A stretch of DNA of 64,000 nt, taken from IMG/VR virus record IMGVR_UViG_3300044796_000596; one strand, written 5' to 3'. The notes under the pieces are model-generated. The model saw only the letters and a program-made list of their open reading frames with translations, made no database searches and had not been told where the DNA came from. Position 1 is the stretch's first letter. Each line of letters starts with the position of its first letter. Both the position numbers and the translations under genes were made by a program. The DNA comes from an uncultured virus (IMG/VR IMGVR_UViG_3300044796_000596). Taxonomy: Duplodnaviria > Heunggongvirae > Uroviricota > Caudoviricetes. Positions 27,885-37,374 of the stretch are shown in pieces.

Positions 27885-28747
27885 AGGACCTCGACGCTCT
27901 CGACGCGCACGTCGTCGGCGTTGAACACAGCGACCTCCGGGTGGCCTTCGACGAGGCCGCTTCCCAGGTACACGACGCTGTCGTAGCCCTTCGATCGCGC
28001 GGACCGCGCCTTCGCTCGGCTCGCGGTGACGAGCGGTCTCCGCACCTTCACCCGAACCGTGTAGATCCTCGGACGGTAGAGGTTCGCGTCGAGTCCGACG
28101 CGATCGATCACGTCGTAGATCCACGAAGGCGCCCCGGTGCTCTGGTTGAAGATGTTGACGAACCCCGAGTCGTCGCCGAGCGGCTTCGTCTTGCTGCCGA
28201 TGATGTAGCCAGCGAGGTCGCCGATCGCGTTCGGGTCCACGCCGAGGTGCTCGTCGAACGCCACGAGGTCGATCTGCCGCTCGCCGAGCGGTGGATCCTC
28301 GCGCCAGGGCCGGTGGCGTTTCCAGTACCACTCCCATCCGTCGGCCCCGTGCGTGTAGAGCGCCCGCAGGAAGGCCCCCGCGTTGGCATTCTTCGCGCTG
28401 AGATCGTCGATGATCGACGGCTCGAAGCCGATGTTCCGGTTCGCGAACGCGTACTTCTCCGCGATGCTCTTCGATGGCGTGAGGAAGATCCCGATGCCGT
28501 AGTAGTCGTTCACGAGCTCGCGGCGACTCTTGCCGAGATCGAACGCTTGAAACGATCGCGTCGTGCCGTGGTAGAGCGTCGCCCCTTCGCCTCGCAGGAG
28601 CGCTTTGATCTCGCGGTCCTCATCGTCGGGCAGCCCAACCACGCTCTCCGGCGCGTGCTTCGGGTGGTAGCTCGTCTCGACACCGCCGACCGTGAAGGTC
28701 ACCGGCGCGCCACGGATCGCCTTGCCGCACGCGGTGCACGTCGCCAT
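27881..28747 (-). CDS. CxxC-YHPxH-tagged ADP-ribosyltransferase-like (ART-PolyVal-type) protein
   Basis: LYHGT..F..F, GIFLT....AEKYA, GYDSV, EVAVF motifs. Confidence 0.75.
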   Translation of the reverse strand: MATCTACGKAIRGAPVTFTVGGVETSYHPKHAPESVVGLPDDEDREIKALLRGEGATLYHGTTRSFQAFDLGKSRRELVNDYYGIGIFLTPSKSIAEKYAFANRNIGFEPSIIDDLSAKNANAGAFLRALYTHGADGWEWYWKRHRPWREDPPLGERQIDLVAFDEHLGVDPNAIGDLAGYIIGSKTKPLGDDSGFVNIFNQSTGAPSWIYDVIDRVGLDANLYRPRIYTVRVKVRRPLVTASRAKARSARSKGYDSVVYLGSGLVEGHPEVAVFNADDVRVESVEVL

Positions 28748-28749
28748 GA

Positions 28750-29034
28750 TCACGTGCCCCCGTGCTCGACGACGCGGAGCCCCGCGCGCGTCACCCAGCC
28801 GCGGCCCTCGTCGCTCATCGGCGCGAAGGCACAGTCGAGCCCGATCGACTTCGCGATCTCCGCGAGCCACGCCGCAAAGCCCATGCGCCGGTAGTCGGGC
28901 GCGAGGTAGACGCTGTTGATGCAGAGGTCGCCGTCGTGTTCGGCGAAGAACGCGCCGCCGTACGCCGCGTTGGCGCGCGCATCATACGATGCTGCCTGCG
29001 CCGAGCGCGTCGAGCTTGGCCTTGTCGGCGGCGC
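28750..29034 (-). pseudogene. GNAT acetyltransferase fragment without a start codon
   Basis: Open frame reads LCINSVYLAPDYRRMGFAAWL...PMSDEGRGW; in-frame stop at 29035-29037 and no ATG/GTG before the motif. Confidence 0.55.
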
Positions 29035-29219
29035 TCATGATGCCCGGGGCGATGTCGGTGGCGAGGGCCACGGACCACGTTTGGCCCACCGGAGCGGCGT
29101 CCCTTGCCACTTCCTCGTCGGGCACGAGGAGGCTTTGCCTTTTTTCTGCTTGCTGCCCAGCAATTCGCCTCGCTGCCCAGCAATTTGCGCGGCGCGTTAG
29201 CCGCTGCACCGCAGGGACG

Positions 29220-30761
29220 TCATCCAACGTCGACAAGACCGAGTTGCGCGCAGTCTGTCTTCCGCTTCTTCCTTGGGGTGGGCGCAGTGTTTTTTCGCAG
29301 CAGCCGCACGCCACCCTCAGCACGGATAAGTGCATCGAGCGAAATTGACTGCAACAGGGCCTTGTTAATGGGCCGCTTCGCATCCCAAAACACGCGTGCT
29401 TGGAAAAACTCGCCTGCTCGTGCGCCGTTAAGCGCTCGCACGAGCTGCTCTGCTTGCTCCAAGTCCGAGCACGGAAGAAAATACGAGATGTCGTCGACTA
29501 GTGCAGGACGTCCGGCTACCGGCCCGATCATCTGGAACGACAGGCGCTTGTAGAGACCGCAGATCGCGATCTTGTATGGCGCGAAGGAGTAATCACCCAC
29601 GCCGAACATCGCGAATGGTGGCTGCCCGCGGTAGATCGAACTCTTGCGCGCGTCGAACTGTCGTCGATGCGCGTCAAGGTAAGCCCATGTCTTTGGGGCC
29701 GCTGTTCGGATCTGTTCGGTGTCGTCGCCCAGCAAGCGTTGGGTCACGAGCACGAAACGGTTCGGGGCGCGACCATTCGCGACGTCTGACCCCTTTCGGA
29801 ACGGGTAGAGGTAGTCCGGTTCGATATCGATCGCTTCACCGAGGCCGTTGACCAAAACGCCGTCCTCGTGCTGGAGCAGTTCCATAACTGCTGCGCAGTC
29901 GTGCTTGATGCCTGAGCGCCACTCGATTTCAGAACGGCCGGCGAGTGAGTGCGTTCGACGGAGAGCATCTAGATCGCTGTAGAGCGCACCGTCCACGATG
30001 CCCGTGAAGCGCGATGGGGCTCGCGAGTTCAAGTCGTCATGTACGGCCCAACGCCATTCGTGGACGGTCTTCGACTTGGGATGAGTCTCTCGCTTGGTCT
30101 CCACGACAAGGAGGACCGCGTCGACCGCCGTGTCGAAATGCGCCTTGGCATCGAGCCGCCACGTGGCCCCGTCGACCGCCCACCCTTGGCCGTGAGCGTG
30201 CTCCATTACCCGCCGCGCGACGCTCGACTTACAGAGCATCGCGAGCACGAAGTCTCGGCCGATGGCCGCTTCCAGAAGTCTCAGGATCATCCACTCCGAG
30301 ATGTCGAAGTTGGCCTTCCCTGTCATCGCATCGAAGCCGCTGTGACCCTTGAAGTTCTCCTTCACGGGCAGGTTGTCGGATGCGAGCGCACCGAGAGTCG
30401 CCGACGTGACCCATGGCGGGTTCCCGACAATCAACACGGGAGCCTCGACGCGACGTAGCACCGCGGTCCAGTCCACGTTGAAGAAGTCCGCGTGATGGAA
30501 CTTCGCGCTCCCGGGGACCGAAGATCGAGCAGCGGCGAGATGCGCAGCGGACAGTTCGTAACCGTGGATCGACGAGTCAGGAAACGCGTGGGCCGCAGCC
30601 TTCAGGAAAGCGCCTCGACCGCAGGTTGGCTCGATCACGGTGCCGGGCGCCACGCGCCGGTCTTTGAGAAGTCGAACCACTCGCTCGGCAAGGTTGTCGG
30701 GGGTCTGCCAGTCCCCTTGCTCAACGCGCCGCGCACTCCGCTCGCTGCCCTCAGTCGTCAC
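29220..30761 (-). CDS. amino (N6-adenine/N4-cytosine) DNA methyltransferase, type II RM-associated
   Basis: GDWQTP, IEPTCGRGAF (motif I), VGNPPW (motif IV). Confidence 0.9.
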   Translation of the reverse strand: MTTEGSERSARRVEQGDWQTPDNLAERVVRLLKDRRVAPGTVIEPTCGRGAFLKAAAHAFPDSSIHGYELSAAHLAAARSSVPGSAKFHHADFFNVDWTAVLRRVEAPVLIVGNPPWVTSATLGALASDNLPVKENFKGHSGFDAMTGKANFDISEWMILRLLEAAIGRDFVLAMLCKSSVARRVMEHAHGQGWAVDGATWRLDAKAHFDTAVDAVLLVVETKRETHPKSKTVHEWRWAVHDDLNSRAPSRFTGIVDGALYSDLDALRRTHSLAGRSEIEWRSGIKHDCAAVMELLQHEDGVLVNGLGEAIDIEPDYLYPFRKGSDVANGRAPNRFVLVTQRLLGDDTEQIRTAAPKTWAYLDAHRRQFDARKSSIYRGQPPFAMFGVGDYSFAPYKIAICGLYKRLSFQMIGPVAGRPALVDDISYFLPCSDLEQAEQLVRALNGARAGEFFQARVFWDAKRPINKALLQSISLDALIRAEGGVRLLRKNTAPTPRKKRKTDCAQLGLVDVG

Positions 30762-31070
30762 AGCCGCCTCACTCCCGCGACGTTTCCGGCGTCACGAATG
30801 GCGTGCCCGTACTGTAGCCGCCACTGCAAGGCGTTCGAGATCGTCAGGTACCCTTGCGTCGGGGTGTGCTTGAGAACCTGCTGCGCGATGGCTTTCGCGC
30901 CAATGTCGTCTACCGGAAGGTTTCGGTCTGAAAGAAGCTCGACGATGTCGTCCTCGTTGGCGCCGTCGCCGACCATCTCACGGAGGCGTCTGGTCAGCGT
31001 GTAGTCGCCGGTAGCGTTGGCGTCGATGAAGATGGTGTGCGCCACGCGATGTACGAGCTTGGGATCGACG
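30758..31070 (-). pseudogene. C-terminal part of the cognate restriction endonuclease (5' truncated)
   Basis: HTIFID...DRNLP...GYLTISNALQWRLQY recalls the REase family paired with this MTase type; N-terminal catalytic half not seen; stop overlaps the MTase start. Confidence 0.55.
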
Positions 31071-31137
31071 AGCCCAGCTTCACCGGCGCGGCGTCGCGGC
31101 TCCCGGTAATCCAGACGCACGGCGAGGAGGTGTTCGC

Positions 31138-31416
31138 GTGAACCCGACCGACTTGACCGCGACCGAGCAGACGAACGTCCGCACGGCGCTCCGCTTCCTA
31201 CGTGCTCGCTGCGGTGGCTGGCAGCCGCTAGCACGCGCCCTCCGCTTCAAGGCAACCTACCTCGCGAAGGTCGGCACGGAGCGCGTGCCGAGCGCCAGCA
31301 TGGCCCTGCGCATCGCACGTCTTGCGCAGGTCGGCGTGGACGAGCTGCTGGCCGGGAAGTACCCGCCGGCCGGCACGTGCCCCCACTGCGGGCTGAACCG
31401 GGGCGAGAGTGCTTGA
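31138..31416 (+). CDS. XRE-type HTH regulator with C-terminal CPHCG
   Basis: LARAL...PSASMALRIARLAQVGVDELL. Confidence 0.7.
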   Translation: MNPTDLTATEQTNVRTALRFLRARCGGWQPLARALRFKATYLAKVGTERVPSASMALRIARLAQVGVDELLAGKYPPAGTCPHCGLNRGESA

Positions 31417-31872
31417 CGCACCCGACGCGGCTGCCCAGCAATTCACCCTCCCCGATGAGAAAAAAGGCAAAGCCGCACGAGGAGCGCGGGCAAACGATCC
31501 ACTCGGCCGCGAGGTCCGGCGAGAGGCCGGCCGCGTCGCCCGCCTCGCCACCGCCGATGGTGACGTACTGCGCCCACATCCAGCCCGTGAGCCCCGCGGC
31601 CGGCTCACCGCCCCGGACGATGTTGGCCAAGCCACCGCCAGCCTGCGCCCTGGTGCCCGACGTCGCGCGAACCTCTCGCAGAGCCGCCGCCCGCGCGCGT
31701 CCACAATGTCGACGCTGCCGTCGCCGCCGCCCGCGATTACGAGCGCCGTCCGCTTGAACTGGCCATCGTCGTAGGTCGTGGTCTTCGTGAGCGCGGCACG
31801 GCTCGGAGCCTTGCTCTGCTTCGTCTTCTTCGGCGTCGCCATGATCGTTTCCTCGGCTGGTTGGTGGCTGGT

Positions 31873-32442
31873 TCAGGCGTGATACTTCGCGTGATGCTCG
31901 TGGTAGTGCTTCGTGGGCTGGCCCTCGGCCGAGAACGACACCGGGGTTTCGTCGATTGGGCGCATGCACGAGGCGCAGATCGGAGGCAGCGCCTTCCGGC
32001 GCTTCAACTCGTTGACGACCCGGTCGTACTCCCCGAGGCGGTGGTCGAACGACCGGACGGATTCGCCGCGCGCCCTGGTCACCTGCGCGCCGATGGCGAG
32101 GTAGCGAAGGCGCTCGAGGAGGTCCTCCGTGGACATGGCGCGTTCGGTCGCCTGCTTCGCGGACTTCGACGGCGTACCGAGGATGCGTGCCTCGATGGCG
32201 GCGAGTTCCTCCGGGCTCCGATCCTTCGTCCCGCGATGCGGTCCGAAAGCGAACGGGACCTTGATTTTCACGAGCCGCTTCCACTCGTCGGGGTCGGTCG
32301 AGATGGTCTTCGCGTACAACTTCGCCCAGCGGCGCGCGTTCGCGTAGTCGCCCGTGACGATCGCGTTGTGGAGGTAGGTGAGGCCCATGGCGCGGACGAG
32401 CGCCTTGGAAGGGCGGCCGTGCCTGGTGCGCGTCGTCATCAT
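31873..32442 (-). CDS. hypothetical protein with divergent C-terminal CxxC-YH tag
   Basis: Ends ICASCMRPIDETPVSFSAEGQPTKHYHEHHA. Confidence 0.65.
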   Translation of the reverse strand: MMTTRTRHGRPSKALVRAMGLTYLHNAIVTGDYANARRWAKLYAKTISTDPDEWKRLVKIKVPFAFGPHRGTKDRSPEELAAIEARILGTPSKSAKQATERAMSTEDLLERLRYLAIGAQVTRARGESVRSFDHRLGEYDRVVNELKRRKALPPICASCMRPIDETPVSFSAEGQPTKHYHEHHAKYHA

Positions 32443-32903
32443 CGGTCGTGCTCCTCAAGCCTTGAGGGCTTCTTGCTGTACGTGAACTTGTCGAGGTCCT
32501 GCTCCTCGCCTTCCTCTTCGTTCTCTTCGCGATCGTACTCTTCGCGCTCGTGTCCCGTGGAGCGCTCGAAGTCGCTCGGGGAGGGCATCCACCGCTGGCC
32601 TGCGCGAACGAGGCGGAAGCGAGCTTCCTCACCGGACCCCTCCACGTAGAATCCGTGATCCTTCTCGAATTGGAGCACCGCGTGGAACGCCTTGTGGGCC
32701 TTCCCCTTGAAGCGCTCGGGCAGCTCCCAGTTGTCCTCGATGACGCTGAGGTCATGCAGGATCGCGCGCGCAACAGGGTAGTCGCTCCCGTCGCCGCTCC
32801 GCTCCCACGAGTGGTAGGTGCCGTCGTACGGGCAGCGGTCGGGGTCGTTCAGAGGAAGGTCGGGGAAGGGCATGGGGAAGGCCATCAGAGACATCAGAGA
32901 CAT
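32439..32903 (-). CDS. hypothetical acidic protein
   Basis: Translationally coupled on both sides; GC3 bias. Confidence 0.55.
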   Translation of the reverse strand: MSLMSLMAFPMPFPDLPLNDPDRCPYDGTYHSWERSGDGSDYPVARAILHDLSVIEDNWELPERFKGKAHKAFHAVLQFEKDHGFYVEGSGEEARFRLVRAGQRWMPSPSDFERSTGHEREEYDREENEEEGEEQDLDKFTYSKKPSRLEEHDR

Positions 32904-34204
32904 CAGAGAGCCTGCATAAACGCCTGGAGCGGCTCCGGCAAGGGCTTGCCCCGCACGAACGCGAGGAAGCTCTCGGCGAAGTTCTCCTCCCAGGACTCGC
33001 CGCCGTAGGACGAGGCGAGCACCGGCCGGAGCTTGTGCTCGTCCTCGACCACGCGGAGATTGCCGCCGAGCCAGGAACGGGCAAGCGCATCGCGAAGCGC
33101 AGGCGCGACGGCATCCTCTCCAGCCTCGAACCGCCGCATCAGCGGCGCCGCCCGTGCGCGAAACTCCTCCTTCGCCTCTCCCTTCACAAAGCTCCCGAAG
33201 AAGATGTCCGCGTTCGGCGAGAGATCGACCGGCCCCTCGTTTCCGAAGTCGGGATCGTCACGGAAGCCCCGCAGCCGAGCGATGTACTCGTCCGCGAACC
33301 CAAGCCGGTCCCGAAGCTGGAAGAAGTGCTCGCGCACGTCGCCCACCGTCGAAAGCTGCACGAACCGCTCGCGCGCGTCGCCCGTGAGGATCCTCGTGTG
33401 GTAGCGGTGCCCGAGCTCGTGGATCAGCGTGTCGACGCTCGTGCGCGTGGGGGTCGCGTACATGCTGAGCGTGATCGTGTCCTTTGCCCCCTGGTAGGAG
33501 CCCGCGACGGAACCGCTGCTCCCGGGCCGCGGATCGTACGTCCCCTTCGGCCGGAGATCCTTCCGGACGTAGACCTTGCCGTAGAGCACCGCGGGGAACT
33601 TCGCCTGCACGAGCGCGGCCGCCTCCTCGAGCGTGCGCACGGCGTCCGTCGTGTTCTCGACGCCCTTCGTCGGGATGATGATGAACGCCCCGTGGCCGTG
33701 GCCGTGGCTCTCGTCCCGGTGCATCGCCTCGATCCTCGGGAGGTCCTCGCGAAGTTGGTCGAGGAGGTTCCTCACGGCGTACGCGTCAAATTCATGGCGG
33801 CGCCCGACGTGCTGGGCGATGGCGTAGAGCGTCTCCGCGAAGGACACGAAGACGTCCTGATCGTGTTGGTCGGCCGCGCCGAGCCACTCGGTGTGCACGC
33901 GCATCACCGGGTCGACCGTCCCGACGATCGTGATGCCGAACCGCTGCGCGAAGCTCTGGATCGCTTGGATTGCTTGGATCGCTTCCCTCGCCGCCAGCCC
34001 GTCCTCGGCGTCGAGGAGCCTCGCGATGCCGTCGAGACAGCCCTTGAGCCCCGTATCGCCCGTATCGCTCGGGTCTGAGGACGGTGGGCACGGTGGCGCG
34101 GCCCGCGGCGCGTGGCCGGGATGGTAGGCCACGGCCCCGCGCGCGAGCGTGAACGTCACCGGCTCGCCGGCGATGGACTTCCCGCACCGCGCGCAGATGG
34201 GCAT
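32903..34204 (-). CDS. CxxC-YHPxH-tagged zincin metallopeptidase
   Basis: N-terminal tag; LIHELGHRYH and SSYG..SWEENFAESF (lethal-factor/MPTase-like). Confidence 0.75.
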   Translation of the reverse strand: MPICARCGKSIAGEPVTFTLARGAVAYHPGHAPRAAPPCPPSSDPSDTGDTGLKGCLDGIARLLDAEDGLAAREAIQAIQAIQSFAQRFGITIVGTVDPVMRVHTEWLGAADQHDQDVFVSFAETLYAIAQHVGRRHEFDAYAVRNLLDQLREDLPRIEAMHRDESHGHGHGAFIIIPTKGVENTTDAVRTLEEAAALVQAKFPAVLYGKVYVRKDLRPKGTYDPRPGSSGSVAGSYQGAKDTITLSMYATPTRTSVDTLIHELGHRYHTRILTGDARERFVQLSTVGDVREHFFQLRDRLGFADEYIARLRGFRDDPDFGNEGPVDLSPNADIFFGSFVKGEAKEEFRARAAPLMRRFEAGEDAVAPALRDALARSWLGGNLRVVEDEHKLRPVLASSYGGESWEENFAESFLAFVRGKPLPEPLQAFMQAL

Positions 34205-34755
34205 CAGAGGAGCCCTCGCCATCGCGCGTCGCTGACGACTGCGTCGTACTCCGCCTTCGGCATGAACATGCGGACCGCGCAGTCGCCGCGGTAGTGCGCG
34301 GCGAGCGCCCGGTGGTTTCCATCGGTGACGTACGCCTTGCCCGAACGTCGCCACCCGCTGTAAACGGCGGTGCCAGGGGGGAACGGCCCTGTGCGCGCGG
34401 CGTAGGCGCGCGCTCGCGCCATCCTTTGCTCCGAGGATTCCTCCTCGCTCTGGTAGTTCAGGATGGAGAGCGGCAGTTCTGCCAGCACCCAGGCGCTTCC
34501 GTGCTCGACCACCCGACGTATCAGTGCTGGGTCCGGTGGCTCTCCGTGTCGACCCTCGCGATAGAGCTTCTGGTAGGACGCGAGCACATCGGAGAGGTCG
34601 TGCTCGCTCAGGATGCGCGGCTCGCACGTCGCGCCAGGCGCGACGGTCGCGGGTGCATGGCCCGGGTGGTAGCTCGTCGCGACGCCGCCCACCGTGAACG
34701 TCACCGGCTCGCCAGCGATGGACTTCCCGCACCGCGCACAGATGGGCGTGCTCAT
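34204..34755 (-). CDS. CxxC-YHPxH-tagged ParB/Srx-like domain protein
   Basis: N-terminal tag; YVTDGNHRALAA motif. Confidence 0.7.
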   Translation of the reverse strand: MSTPICARCGKSIAGEPVTFTVGGVATSYHPGHAPATVAPGATCEPRILSEHDLSDVLASYQKLYREGRHGEPPDPALIRRVVEHGSAWVLAELPLSILNYQSEEESSEQRMARARAYAARTGPFPPGTAVYSGWRRSGKAYVTDGNHRALAAHYRGDCAVRMFMPKAEYDAVVSDARWRGLL

Positions 34756-35699
34756 GATCCTGCCATGACCTTCTCGAATGCGGCGACCTTGTCCGCGCCG
34801 TACTCGGTCATCCCGAAGTTCGAGAGGGCGAACAGCTCCGCGAACGCTTCCCCTTCCGTCGTGCTGTACCGCGTGGTGATCCACTCGCTCTGGTCGAAGT
34901 CCACGGGAGGCCGATGGCGCATTTCGTACCTGTGCCCGAGCTCGTGCACGATCACGTACGCGAGGCCGCCGTAGCGCGAGCCGCCCTTCTCGATGCGGCC
35001 TCCCGGCGTGGCCCGGATCCAGAGCGCATCGTCCGCGCGGTGGTAGCGGCCGCTCGCCGTGCCGCGAAAGTCCTTGGGGCCCGCGAAGACCACCTTGATC
35101 CCGCCCGCAATGGCCTTTTTTCGCCAGCCGTGAAGCGACGCGAAGACGTCCTCGAGGGTCGCGATCATGTCGTTCAGCCGAGCGTCGCTCGCGCCCACCA
35201 TGTTCACGTAGGTGTTCTCGCCGAGCGTCCTCTCACGCAGGATCGTCGTCCGCTTCCCCTCGGCGGTGAAAAGCTCGACCCACCGTGGAAGCGCCTCCAA
35301 GACAGCGCTCCCCGCCTGGCCCCCGTACATCCTGGCAAATGCGCCAGGCACCGCGCCGCCGTGCTCGGCCCACGCCATGCCCCTCCAGAAGCGGTCCACG
35401 TCATCCTTCTCGCGCTTGCCGCCCTTCGGCGTCCGGTCCCAAAAGAAGTTCTTGAGGACCCAGGCACGAAACGCGGCGACGTCCCGCGGCGACGGGCTCT
35501 CTGGCGCATCGAGCAACTTCCGAAAGCGCTCGGTGAACTCCCCTTGAAGTCCCGGCGTGCCAACGCGTGGCTCGCACGTCGCGCCAGGCGCGACGGTCGC
35601 GGGCGCATGGCCCGGGTGGTAGCTCGTCGCGACGCCGCCCACCGTGAAGGTCACCGGCGCGCCGGCAATCTCCTTCCCGCAGTGCGCGCACGTGGCCAT
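34752..35699 (-). CDS. CxxC-YHPxH-tagged zincin metallopeptidase
   Basis: N-terminal tag; IVHELGHRYE, TRYS..EGEAFAELF; TACGAT 7 nt upstream. Confidence 0.75.
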   Translation of the reverse strand: MATCAHCGKEIAGAPVTFTVGGVATSYHPGHAPATVAPGATCEPRVGTPGLQGEFTERFRKLLDAPESPSPRDVAAFRAWVLKNFFWDRTPKGGKREKDDVDRFWRGMAWAEHGGAVPGAFARMYGGQAGSAVLEALPRWVELFTAEGKRTTILRERTLGENTYVNMVGASDARLNDMIATLEDVFASLHGWRKKAIAGGIKVVFAGPKDFRGTASGRYHRADDALWIRATPGGRIEKGGSRYGGLAYVIVHELGHRYEMRHRPPVDFDQSEWITTRYSTTEGEAFAELFALSNFGMTEYGADKVAAFEKVMAGS

Positions 35700-35776
35700 G
35701 CGCACGATCGTATCATCCTCGCGCCAGGTCGTCGTCGCAGACGAGGCACGGCGGAGAGAGTACCGCCCGGGCCTGA

Positions 35777-36028
35777 TCACCGCGCCGCCTTCCTCGCAAC
35801 CGCGGCGCTCAGGCATGTGCCCGTTCCGAGGCATCGCACGCACACGACCTCGACGGCGGGCGGCGCGTACGTTTTGCCGTGCCCCCAGCAGTCCACGCAC
35901 GCGCCACGCGGCAGCGGCCCTGGTGCTCCACTGAACCACGGTTGCGCGCGGCGCCAAGCCTCGCAGGACGCGCGCGCCATCAAGCCGAGTACAGCCGCCG
36001 ACCTCACGTCGCCCTTGAAGGTGCACAT
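35777..36028 (-). CDS. small protein with DnaJ-type CxxCxGxG repeats
   Basis: CVDCWGHG and CVRCLGTG. Confidence 0.5.
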   Translation of the reverse strand: MCTFKGDVRSAAVLGLMARASCEAWRRAQPWFSGAPGPLPRGACVDCWGHGKTYAPPAVEVVCVRCLGTGTCLSAAVARKAAR

Positions 36029-36699
36029 GGTCCAAGCGCCGCGTGGATTTGTGGCCCCCCCAGCGTTCCATGCGCCTCGAGTCGTGCGGCGAGCCATCGA
36101 AGCGCTCTGATCTCGGCCCGCACGATGCGTAGCGCATGGACGTAGCCGAGTCGCAGCGCGTCCTCGGGCGAGCGTGCGACCACCCGCGCCACCTCCTGGC
36201 GTTCCGGCAGACTCCACGGCGGAGCCGTTCCGGGGAGCGACGACGCCATCGTTCGGGCCGTCTGCAGATCCGAGTCGTAGCTGTCGTGGTCGCCTTGGGG
36301 CCGTCCAAAGTGCACCGTCTCGGCCACGATCCCGCCGAGCGCCATCATCATCAGGCCCCACCGTTGCCGAGAGGGGACGAGATCGAGCGGGAACGATTGA
36401 GGGTCGACGCGCGTCACGCCATCCGGGTCTGGCAGCGGCATCCGAAGGCCCGCCGGAAGATCCTCCAAGGAGATCGAGAACCGCGGGGTCGCGAACCGGA
36501 CCCAGCCGAGCCGGCCCCACCCCCGATGGTCGTCGATGGTCGCTCGGAGAACGGGCGTCTCGGGCAGGATCCGTCTGCCCACGAGCGCGTGCCCCGCCTC
36601 GTGGATCGCCATCCATCCGGAGACGCGGCGGCTCTCGTCCTCCGCGACGACAAGCCAACCGAGGGCCGCAAGAAAGACGGGGATCATGGCGCCGCGCAT
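36004..36699 (-). CDS. M41 (FtsH-protease-like) stand-alone metallopeptidase
   Basis: AIHEAGHALV, ALGGIVAE, SDLQTA. Confidence 0.7.
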   Translation of the reverse strand: MRGAMIPVFLAALGWLVVAEDESRRVSGWMAIHEAGHALVGRRILPETPVLRATIDDHRGWGRLGWVRFATPRFSISLEDLPAGLRMPLPDPDGVTRVDPQSFPLDLVPSRQRWGLMMMALGGIVAETVHFGRPQGDHDSYDSDLQTARTMASSLPGTAPPWSLPERQEVARVVARSPEDALRLGYVHALRIVRAEIRALRWLAARLEAHGTLGGPQIHAALGPCAPSRAT

Positions 36700-36782
36700 C
36701 TGCCGCGCATCTGCCGCATCGGGCGTTGAATCTCGCGTGATCTCGCGTGATCTCGCGGATCACCGTATGCAGACGAAGGAGT

Positions 36783-37130
36783 GGCCTCGGAGCGCGCTAA
36801 CGCTCCGAGGCCGAAATCAACCTGTTGTGGAGGTCGACATGTCCTTGGTACAGCCTCGCCACGCGAGCAGCAACAGTTCTCGTGGACCGCCCCGCATCGT
36901 CTAAACGAACGACGCAATCACGCCACACGTGTGGCGCGCGCGCCGTCGCAAACACCTCCGATTTTGCGTAAATCGGCCTTAATCGGCGTTGGTGCTGGCG
37001 GTTCGCATCGTGCATGAAGCTTGACGCTACGAGATCGGCCCCGGGGCGCGCTAACGCTCCGAGGCTGGCGACAACCTGTTGTGGAGGTTCCATGTCCAGC
37101 GTTCAGCCTCGCCGAGCGAGCATCCCCGAC
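36783..37130 (+). promoter_or_regulatory. duplicated hairpin + palindrome + RBS cassette (copies at ~36783-36870 and ~37037-37120)
   Basis: 12-bp stem with CGCTAA loop, CAACCTGTTG, GGAGGT, then ATGTCC in both copies. Confidence 0.6.
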
Positions 37131-37301
37131 GAGTCTCTTTCACCGCCCGAGCTCGGACCGCCCTATCCGCGTCCCATCCTGTCGGCTTCCGAGGAGCGGA
37201 ACGAAGCGGCATGGCACCGCCTCTCGCACGCGCTCGACGGGCGCACGGAGGAGGAACCGCTCGTCTTTCGCACTCCGGCGCGACGACGGGCGCGGACGTG
37301 A
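37092..37301 (+). CDS. small hypothetical protein
   Basis: Strong SD GGAGG; N-terminus paralogous to the 21-aa ORF 36839-36904. Confidence 0.45.
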   Translation: MSSVQPRRASIPDESLSPPELGPPYPRPILSASEERNEAAWHRLSHALDGRTEEEPLVFRTPARRRART

Positions 37302-37374
37302 GCCGATCCGCCGGCAGCAGCCCGCCGCGACGCAGATTCGCGCGACGCGAACTCGCGCTTTACGCGAACTCGCG

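Larger units (their letters stand above)
29131..31474. mobile_element. non-autonomous transposon-like element (16-bp TIRs, 9-bp TSD)
   Basis: TIRs GGCTTTGCCTTTTTTC (29131-29146) and GAAAAAAGGCAAAGCC (31459-31474); TSD GCACGAGGA at 29122-29130 and 31475-31483; interior visibly less GC-rich. Confidence 0.9.

Noticed and set aside
29220..31234. Complete functional type II RM system
   Set aside because: The endonuclease appears to lack its N-terminal catalytic half and a credible start.
34204..35699. Diversity-generating retroelement TR/VR pair from the near-identical tag copies
   Set aside because: No reverse transcriptase seen, mismatches are not adenine-specific, and both copies are coding N-termini.
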